Shown one piece after another: positions 54,041 through 64,000 of a DNA stretch of 64,000 nt. Within the stretch, counting starts at the first letter, position 1, and each line of letters starts with the position of its first letter. The position numbers and the translations under genes are program-made. Source of the stretch: Auanema rhodensis (taxonomy: Eukaryota > Animalia > Nematoda); assembly GCA_964057225.1 (NCBI GenBank), contig OZ059899.1, positions 18,662,001 to 18,726,000 of the forward strand, written 5' to 3'. The notes beneath the pieces are model-generated. The model was not told the DNA's origin. It did no database searches and saw only the letters and a program-made list of their open reading frames with translations.

Positions 54041-56513
54041 CAGATTGAAAATCCGCATCGAATGCACTATACTACATTGCGAAACGCTTAATACAAAAAT
54101 TAGTTATGATCGTTTGAAAAATGATGCATTAGTGTATGTTGAGTTTCCATGTACACTCAACATTGCTTCCAAAAACATTTTGACAAAAATTTTTCCGAAA
54201 AATTTCAAAATAATTTTGCAAAAAGTAGATGTTTTTAGATTTCTTTTTTCAAGGCAAAGACGATGGACAATGTTATTCAACGAAAAAATTAATTCTCCAG
54301 GGTGAAAATCGAGGATGTAAGTGTGAACTTATATCAGTTGATATCTCGGTGCATTTTTAAGCTAGCGCAAATCTGATAACACAGATCGACGCAGCTTAAA
54401 CATCCGCATCGAATGCACTATACAACATTGAGAAACGCTTAATACAAAAATTAGTTATGATCGTTTGAAAAATGATGCATTAGTGTATGTTGAGTTTCCA
54501 TGTACACTCAACATTGCTTCCAAAAACATTTTTACAAAAATTTTTCCGAAAATTTTCGAAACAATTTCGCAAAAAGTAGATGTTTTTAGATTCCTTTTTT
54601 CAAGGCAAAGACGATGGACATTGTTATTCAACGAAAAAATTAATTCTGCAGGGTGAAAATCGAGGATATAAGTGTGAACTTATATCAGTTGATATCTCGG
54701 TGCATTTTCAAGCTAGCGCAAATCTGATAACACAGATCGACGCAGCTTAAAAATCCGCATCGAATGCACTATACAACATTGAGAAACGCTTAATACAAAA
54801 ATTAGTTATGATCGTTTGAAAAATGATGCATTAGTGTATGTTGAGTTTCCATGTACACTCAACATTGCTTCCAAAAACATTTTTACAAAAATTTTTCCGG
54901 AAAATTTCGAAACAATTTCGCAAAAAGTAGATGTTTTTAGATTCCTTTTTCCAAGGCAAAGACGATGGACAATGTTATTCAACGAAAAAATTAATTCTCC
55001 AGGGTGAAAATCGAGGATGCAAGTGTGAACTTATATCAGTTGATATCTCGGTGCATTTTCAAGCTAGCGCAAATCTGATAACACAGATCGACGCAGCTTA
55101 AAAATCCGCATCGAATGCACTATACAACATTGAGAAACGCTTAATACAAAAATTAGTTATGATCGTTTGAAAAATGATGCATTAGTGTATGTTGAGTTTC
55201 CATGTACACTCAACATTGCTTCCAAAAACATTTTGACAAAAATTTTTCCGAAAAATTTCAAAATAATTTTGCAAAAAGTAGATGTTTTTAGATTTCTTTT
55301 TTCAAGGCAAAGACGATGGACAATGTTATTCAACGAAAAAATTAATTCTCCATGGTGAAAATCGAGGATGTAAGTGTGAACTTATATCAGTTGATATCTC
55401 GGTGCATTTTAAAGATAGCGCAAATCTGATAACACAGATCGACGCAGATTGAAAATCCGCATCGAATGCACTATACTACATTGCGAAACGCTTAATACAA
55501 AAATTAGTTATGATCGTTTGAAAAATGATGCATTAGTGTATGTTGAGTTTCCATGTACACTCAACATTGCTTCCAAAAACATTTTGACAAAAATTTTTCC
55601 GAAAAATTTCAAAATAATTTTGCAAAAAGTAGATGTTTTTAGATTTCTTTTTTCAAGGCAAAGACGATGGACAATGTTATTCAACGAAAAAATTAATTCT
55701 CCAGGGTGAAAATCGAGGATGTAAGTGTGAACTTATATCAGTTGATATCTCGGTGCATTTTTAAGCTAGCGCAAATCTGATAACACAGATCGACGCAGCT
55801 TAAACATCCGCATCGAATGCACTATACAACATTGAGAAACGCTTAATACAAAAATTAGTTATGATCGTTTGAAAAATGATGCATTAGTGTATGTTGAGTT
55901 TCCATGTACACTCAACATTGCTTCCAAAAACATTTTTACAAAAATTTTTCCGAAAATTTTCGAAACAATTTCGCAAAAAGTAGATGTTTTTAGATTCCTT
56001 TTTTCAAGGCAAAGACGATGGACATTGTTATTCAACGAAAAAATTAATTCTGCAGGGTGAAAATCGAGGATATAAGTGTGAACTTATATCAGTTGATATC
56101 TCGGTGCATTTTCAAGCTAGCGCAAATCTGATAACACAGATCGACGCAGCTTAAAAATCCGCATCGAATGCACTATACAACATTGAGAAACGCTTAATAC
56201 AAAAATTAGTTATGATCGTTTGAAAAATGATGCATTAGTGTATGTTGAGTTTCCATGTACACTCAACATTGCTTCCAAAAACATTTTTACAAAAATTTTT
56301 CCGGAAAATTTCGAAACAATTTCGCAAAAAGTAGATGTTTTTAGATTCCTTTTTCCAAGGCAAAGACGATGGACAATGTTATTCAACGAAAAAATTAATT
56401 CTCCAGGGTGAAAATCGAGGATGCAAGTGTGAACTTATATCAGTTGATATCTCGGTGCATTTTCAAGCTAGCGCAAATCTGATAACACAGATCGACGCAG
56501 CTTAAAAATCCGC
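54041..56513. repeat. Higher-order repeat: ~4-monomer unit (1404-bp offset) x2
   Basis: The CAGATTG...CATTGCG variant (86-aa ORFs at 54045 and 55449) and the following units repeat at 1404 bp. Confidence 0.75.
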
Positions 56514-57566
56514 ATCGAATGCACTATACAACATTGAGAAACGCTTAATACAAAAATTAGTTATGATCGTTTGAAAAATGATGCATTAGTGTATGTTGAG
56601 TTTCCATGTACACTCAACATTGCTTCCAAAAACATTTTTACAAAAATTTTTCCGGAAAATTTCGAAACAATTTTGCAAAAAGTAGATGTTTTTAGATTCC
56701 TTTTTCCAAGGCAAAGACGATGGACAATGTTATTCAACGAAAAAATTAATTCTGCAGGGTGAAAATCGAGGATATAAGTGTGAACTTATATCAGTTGATA
56801 TCTCGGTGCATTTTTAAGCTAGCGCAAATCTGATAACACAGATCGACGCAGCTTAAAAATCCGCATCGAATGCACTATACAACATTGAGAAACGCTTAAT
56901 ACAAAAATTAGTTATGATCGTTTGAAAAATGATGCATTAGTGTATGTTGAGTTTCCATGTACACTCAACATTGCTTCCAAAAACATTTTGACAAAAATTT
57001 TTCCGGAAAATTTCGAAACAATTTCGCAAAAAGTAGATGTTTTTAGATTCCTTTTTCCAAGGCAAAGACGATGGACAATGTTATTCAACGAAAAAATTAA
57101 TTCTCCAGGGTGAAAATCGAGGATGCAAGTGTGAACTTATATCAGTTGATATCTCGGTGCATTTTCAAGCTAGCGCAAATCTGATAACACAGATCGACGC
57201 AGCTTAAAAATCCGCATCGAATGCACTATACAACATTGAGAAACGCTTAATACAAAAATTAGTTATGATCGTTTGAAAAATGATGCATTAGTGTATGTTG
57301 AGTTTCCATGTACACTCAACATTGCTTCCAAAAACATTTTGACAAAAATTTTCCCTAAAAATTTCAAAATAATTTCACAAAAAGTAGATGTTTTTAGATT
57401 CCTTTTTCCAAGGCAAAAACGATGGACAATGTTATTCAACGAAAAAATTAATTCTGCAGGGTGAAAATCGAGGATGTAAGTGTGAACTTATATCAGTTGA
57501 TATCTCGGTGCATTTTTAAGCTAGCGCAAATCTGATAACACAGATCGACGCAGCTTAAAAATCCGC

Positions 57567-60500
57567 ATCGAATGCACTATACAACATTGAGAAACGCTTA
57601 ATACAAAAATTAGTTATGATCGTTTGAAAAATGATGCATTAGTGTATGTTGAGTTTCCATGTACACTCAACATTGCTTCCAAAAACATTTTGACAAAAAT
57701 TTTTCCGAAAAATTTCAAAATAATTTTGCAAAAAGTAGATGTTTTTAGATTCCTTTTTTCAAGGCAAAGACGATGGACAATGTTATTCAACGAAAAAATT
57801 AATTCTCCAGGGTGAAAATCGAGGATGTAAGTGTGAACTTATATCAGTTGATATCTCGGTGCATTTTTAAGCTAGCGCAAATCTGATAACACAGATCGAC
57901 GCAGCGTAAAAATCCGCATCGAATGCACTATACAACATTGAGAAACGCTTAATACAAAAATTAGTTATGATCGTTTGAAAAATGATGCATTAGTGTATGT
58001 TGAGTTTCCATGTACACTCAACATTGCTTCCAAAAACATTTTGACAAAAATTTTTCCGAAAAATTTCAAAACAATTTTGCAAAAAGTAGATGTTTTTAGA
58101 TTCCTTTTTCCAAGGCAAAGACGATGGACAATGTTATTCAACGAAAAAATTAATTCTGCAGGGTGAAAATCGAGGATATAAGTGTGAACTTATATCAGTT
58201 GATATCTCGGTGCATTTTTAAGCTAGCGCAAATCTGATAACACAGATCGACGCAGCTTAAAAATCCGCATCGAATGCACTATACAACATTGAGAAACGCT
58301 TAATACAAAAATTAGTTATGATCGTTTGAAAAATGATGCATTAGTGTATGTTGAGTTTCCATGTACACTCAACATTGCTTCCAAAAACATTTTTACAAAA
58401 ATTTTTCCGGAAAATTTCGAAACAATTTTGCAAAAAGTAGATGTTTTTAGATTCCTTTTTCCAAGGCAAAGACGATGGACAATGTTATTCAACGAAAAAA
58501 TTAATTCTGCAGGGTGAAAATCGAGGATATAAGTGTGAACTTATATCAGTTGATATCTCGGTGCATTTTTAAGCTAGCGCAAATCTGATAACACAGATCG
58601 ACGCAGCTTAAAAATCCGCATCGAATGCACTATACAACATTGAGAAACGCTTAATACAAAAATTAGTTATGATCGTTTGAAAAATGATGCATTAGTGTAT
58701 GTTGAGTTTCCATGTACACTCAACATTGCTTCCAAAAACATTTTTACAAAAATTTTTCCGGAAAATTTCGAAACAATTTTGCAAAAAGTAGATGTTTTTA
58801 GATTCCTTTTTCCAAGGCAAAGACGATGGACAATGTAATTCAACGAAAAAATTAATTCTGCAGGGTGAAAATCGAGGATATAAGTGTGAACTTATATCAG
58901 TTGATATCTCGGTGCATTTTTAAGCTAGCGCAAATCTGATAACACAGATCAACGCAGCTTAAAAATCCGCATCGAATGCACTATACAACATTGAGAAACG
59001 CTTAATACAAAAATTAGTTATGATCGTTTGAAAAATGATGCATTAGTGTATGTTGAGTTTCCATGTACACTCAACATTGCTTCCAAAAACATTTTGACAA
59101 AAATTTTTCCGAAAAATTTCAAAATAATTTTGCAAAAAGTAGATGTTTTTAGATTCCTTTTTTCAAGGCAAAGACGATGGACAATGTTATTCAACGAAAA
59201 AATTAATTCTCCAGGGTGAAAATCGAGGATGTAAGTGTGAACTTATATCAGTTGATATCTCGGTGCATTTTTAAGCTAGCGCAAATCTGATAACACAGAT
59301 CGACGCAGCTTAAAAATCCGCATCGAATGCACTATACAACATTGAGAAACGCTTAATACAAAAATTAGTTATGATCGTTTGAAAAATGATGCATTAGTGT
59401 ATGTTGAGTTTCCATGTACACTCAACATTGCTTCCAAAAACATTTTTACAAAAATTTTTCCGGAAAATTTCGAAACAATTTTGCAAAAAGTAGATGTTTT
59501 TAGATTCCTTTTTTCAAGGCAAAGACGATGGACAATGTTATTCAACGAAAAAATTAATTCTGCAGGGTGAAAATCGAGGATATAAGTGTGAACTTATATC
59601 AGTTGATATCTCGGTGCATTTTTAAGCTAGCGCAAATCTGATAACACAGATCGACGCAGCTTAAAAATCCGCATCGAATGCACTATACAACATTGAGAAA
59701 CGCTTAATACAAAAATTAGTTATGATCGTTTGAAAAATGATGCATTAGTGTATGTTGAGTTTCCATGTACACTCAACATTGCTTCCAAAAACATTTTGAC
59801 AAAAATTTTTCCGAAAAATTTCAAAATAATTTTGCAAAAAGTAGATGTTTTTAGATTCCTTTTTTCAAGGCAAAGACGATGGACAATGTTATTCAACGAA
59901 AAAATTAATTCTCCAGGGTGAAAATCGAGGATGTAAGTGTGAACTTATATCAGTTGATATCTCGGTGCATTTTTAAGCTAGCGCAAATCTGATAACACAG
60001 ATCGACGCAGCGTAAAAATCCGCATCGAATGCACTATACAACATTGAGAAACGCTTAATACAAAAATTAGTTATGATCGTTTGAAAAATGATGCATTAGT
60101 GTATGTTGAGTTTCCATGTACACTCAACATTGCTTCCAAAAACATTTTTACAAAAATTTTTCCGGAAAATTTCGAAACAATTTTGCAAAAAGTAGATGTT
60201 TTTAGATTCCTTTTTCCAAGGCAAAGACGATGGACAATGTTATTCAACGAAAAAATTAATTCTGCAGGGTGAAAATCGAGGATATAAGTGTGAACTTATA
60301 TCAGTTGATATCTCGGTGCATTTTTCAGCTAGCGCAAATCTGATAACACAGATCGACGCAGCTTAAAAATCCGCATCGAATGCACTATACAACATTGAGA
60401 AACGCTTAATACAAAAATTAGTTATGATCGTTTGAAAAATGATGCATTAGTGTATGTTGAGTTTCCATGTACACTCAACATTGCTTCCAAAAACATTTTG

Positions 60501-63500
60501 ACAAAAATTTTTCCGAAAAATTTCAAAATAATTTTGCAAAAAGTAGATGTTTTTAGATTCCTTTTTTCAAGGCAAAGACGATGGACAATGTTATTCAACG
60601 AAAAAATTAATTCTCCAGGGTGAAAATCGAGGATGTAAGTGTGAACTTATATCAGTTGATATCTCGGTGCATTTTTAAGCTAGCGCAAATCTGATAACAC
60701 AGATCGACGCAGCGTAAAAATCCGCATCGAATGCACTATACAACATTGAGAAACGCTTAATACAAAAATTAGTTATGATCGTTTGAAAAATGATGCATTA
60801 GTGTATGTTGAGTTTCCATGTACACTCAACATTGCTTCCAAAAACATTTTTACAAAAATTTTTCCGGAAAATTTCGAAACAATTTTGCAAAAAGTAGATG
60901 TTTTTAGATTCCTTTTTCCAAGGCAAAGACGATGGACAATGTTATTCAACGAAAAAATTAATTCTGCAGGGTGAAAATCGAGGATATAAGTGTGAACTTA
61001 TATCAGTTGATATCTCGGTGCATTTTTAAGCTAGCGCAAATCTGATAACACAGATCGACGCAGCTTAAAAATCCGCATCGAATGCACTATACAACATTGA
61101 GAAACGCTTAATACAAAAATTAGTTATGATCGTTTGAAAAATGATGCATTAGTGTATGTTGAGTTTCCATGTACACTCAACATTGCTTCCAAAAACATTT
61201 TGACAAAAATTTTTCCGAAAAATTTCAAAATAATTTTGCAAAAAGTAGATGTATTTAGATTCCTTTTTTCAAGGCAAAGACGATGGACAATGTTATTCAA
61301 CGAAAAAATTAATTCTCCAGGGTGAAAATCGAGGATGTAAGTGTGAACTTATATCAGTTGATATCTCGGTGCATTTTTAAGCTAGCGCAAATCTGATAAC
61401 ACAGATCGACGCAGCGTAAAAATCCGCATCGAATGCACTATACAACATTGAGAAACGCTTAATACAAAAATTAGTTATGATCGTTTGAAAAATGATGCAT
61501 TAGTGTATGTTGAGTTTCCATGTACACTCAACATTGCTTCCAAAAACATTTTTACAAAAATTTTTCCGAAAATTTTCGAAACAATTTCGCAAAAAGTAGA
61601 TGTTTTTAGATTCCTTTTTTCAAGGCAAAGACGATGGACAATGTTATTCAACGAAAAAATTAATTCTGCAGGGTGAAAATCGAGGATATAAGTGTGAACT
61701 TATATCAGTTGATATCTCGGTGCATTTTTAAGCTAGCGCAAATCTGATAACACAGATCGACGCAGCTTAAAAATCCGCATCGAATGCACTATACAACATT
61801 GAGAAACGCTTAATACAAAAATTAGTTATGATCGTTTGAAAAATGATGCATTAGTGTATGTTGAGTTTCCATGTACACTCAACATTGCTTCCAAAAACAT
61901 TTTGACAAAAATTTTTCCGAAAAATTTCAAAATAATTTTGCAAAAAGTAGATGTTTTTAGATTCCTTTTTTCAAGGCAAAGACGATGGACAATGTTATTC
62001 AACGAAAAAATTAATTCTCCAGGGTGAAAATCGAGGATGTAAGTGTGAACTTATATCAGTTGATATCTCGGTGCATTTTTAAGCTAGCGCAAATCTGATA
62101 ACACAGATCGACGCAGCGTAAAAATCCGCATCGAATGCACTATACAACATTGAGAAACGCTTAATACAAAAATTAGTTATGATCGTTTGAAAAATGATGC
62201 ATTAGTGTATGTTGAGTTTCCATGTACACTCAACATTGCTTCCAAAAACATTTTGACAAAAATTTTTCCGAAAAATTTCAAAACAATTTTGCAAAAAGTA
62301 GATGTTTTTAGATTCCTTTTTCCAAGGCAAAGACGATGGACAATGTTATTCAACGAAAAAATTAATTCTGCAGGGTGAAAATCGAGGATATAAGTGTGAA
62401 CTTATATCAGTTGATATCTCGGTGCATTTTTAAGCTAGCGCAAATCTGATAACACAGATCGACGCAGCTTAAAAATCCGCATCGAATGCACTATACAACA
62501 TTGAGAAACGCTTAATACAAAAATTAGTTATGATCGTTTGAAAAATGATGCATTAGTGTATGTTGAGTTTCCATGTACACTCAACATTGCTTCCAAAAAC
62601 ATTTTTACAAAAATTTTTCCGGAAAATTTCGAAACAATTTTGCAAAAAGTAGATGTTTTTAGATTCCTTTTTCCAAGGCAAAGACGATGGACAATGTTAT
62701 TCAACGAAAAAATTAATTCTGCAGGGTGAAAATCGAGGATATAAGTGTGAACTTATATCAGTTGATATCTCGGTGCATTTTTAAGCTAGCGCAAATCTGA
62801 TAACACAGATCGACGCAGCTTAAAAATCCGCATCGAATGCACTATACAACATTGAGAAACGCTTAATACAAAAATTAGTTATGATCGTTTGAAAAATGAT
62901 GCATTAGTGTATGTTGAGTTTCCATGTACACTCAACATTGCTTCCAAAAACATTTTTACAAAAATTTTTCCGGAAAATTTCGAAACAATTTTGCAAAAAG
63001 TAGATGTTTTTAGATTCCTTTTTCCAAGGCAAAGACGATGGACAATGTAATTCAACGAAAAAATTAATTCTGCAGGGTGAAAATCGAGGATATAAGTGTG
63101 AACTTATATCAGTTGATATCTCGGTGCATTTTTAAGCTAGCGCAAATCTGATAACACAGATCAACGCAGCTTAAAAATCCGCATCGAATGCACTATACAA
63201 CATTGAGAAACGCTTAATACAAAAATTAGTTATGATCGTTTGAAAAATGATGCATTAGTGTATGTTGAGTTTCCATGTACACTCAACATTGCTTCCAAAA
63301 ACATTTTGACAAAAATTTTTCCGAAAAATTTCAAAATAATTTTGCAAAAAGTAGATGTTTTTAGATTCCTTTTTTCAAGGCAAAGACGATGGACAATGTT
63401 ATTCAACGAAAAAATTAATTCTCCAGGGTGAAAATCGAGGATGTAAGTGTGAACTTATATCAGTTGATATCTCGGTGCATTTTTAAGCTAGCGCAAATCT

Positions 63501-63533
63501 GATAACACAGATCGACGCAGCGTAAAAATCCGC
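57567..63533. repeat. ~5-monomer block duplicated at a 12-unit (4212 bp) spacing, flanking a type A/type B alternating stretch
   Basis: Private markers ATGTAATT (TAA at 58836 and 63048), TTCAAAACA (units 57975 and 62187) and GATCAACG recur at 4212 bp. Confidence 0.85.
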
Positions 63534-64000
63534 ATCGAATGCACTATACAACATTGAGAAACGCTTAATACAAAAATTAGTTATGATCGTTTGAAAAATG
63601 ATGCATTAGTGTATGTTGAGTTTCCATGTACACTCAACATTGCTTCCAAAAACATTTTTACAAAAATTTTTCCGGAAAATTTCGAAACAATTTTGCAAAA
63701 AGTAGATGTTTTTAGATTCCTTTTTCCAAGGCAAAGACGATGGACAATGTTATTCAACGAAAAAATTAATTCTGCAGGGTGAAAATCGAGGATATAAGTG
63801 TGAACTTATATCAGTTGATATCTCGGTGCATTTTTAAGCTAGCGCAAATCTGATAACACAGATCGACGCAGCTTAAAAATCCGCATCGAATGCACTATAC
63901 AACATTGAGAAACGCTTAATACAAAAATTAGTTATGATCGTTTGAAAAATGATGCATTAGTGTATGTTGAGTTTCCATGTACACTCAACATTGCTTCCAA

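Larger units (their letters stand above)
1..64000. repeat. Satellite DNA array: 351-bp monomer, ~182 head-to-tail copies, family not recognised
   Basis: ATCGAATGCACTATAC recurs at 1, 352, 703 and onward. ORF-track starts are spaced by exact multiples of 351 bp except across two 352-bp units. No unique sequence or orientation switch was seen. Copies differ by a few substitutions each. Confidence 0.99.

Noticed and set aside
1-64000. CRISPR array or integron-like cassette array
   Set aside because: There are no unique spacers or cassettes; the whole 351 bp repeats. No cas or integrase gene is present.
1-64000. Tandem 5S rRNA, tRNA, snRNA or spliced-leader gene array
   Set aside because: I recognised no such RNA sequence, cloverleaf or Pol III box by eye. 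An Rfam search would be the definitive test.
1-64000. Sequencing or assembly artefact (rolling-circle concatemer)
   Set aside because: The variants form consistent, nested, regionally structured haplotypes rather than random errors or identical copies.

Overview
The whole window is one uninterrupted head-to-tail tandem array of an AT-rich (about 30% GC by eye) 351-bp monomer, about 182 copies, all in one orientation. It runs off both ends of the window. This looks like eukaryotic satellite DNA, most plausibly (peri)centromeric heterochromatin, but I do not recognise the family or organism. I see no genes, RNA genes, transposon insertions, inversions or CRISPR spacers. The 63-aa ORF in each unit is most likely an artefact of the repeat. 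Monomers differ almost only by substitutions; there is one 1-bp insertion, present twice. These variants reveal (i) two ancestral monomer haplotypes plus chimeras, (ii) local higher-order duplications of 2, 4, 5, 6 and 7 units, plus multi-unit blocks recurring at 11-, 12-, 18- and 29-unit spacings, and (iii) regional variant domains along the array. The monomer is dense in dyad symmetry: a ~67-nt imperfect hairpin, a 9-bp stem with a GNRA-type tetraloop, a second 9-bp stem, and an 11-bp-periodic A/T-tract block. I could not support a novel protein-coding system. The best leads concern DNA/RNA structure and how the array evolved.
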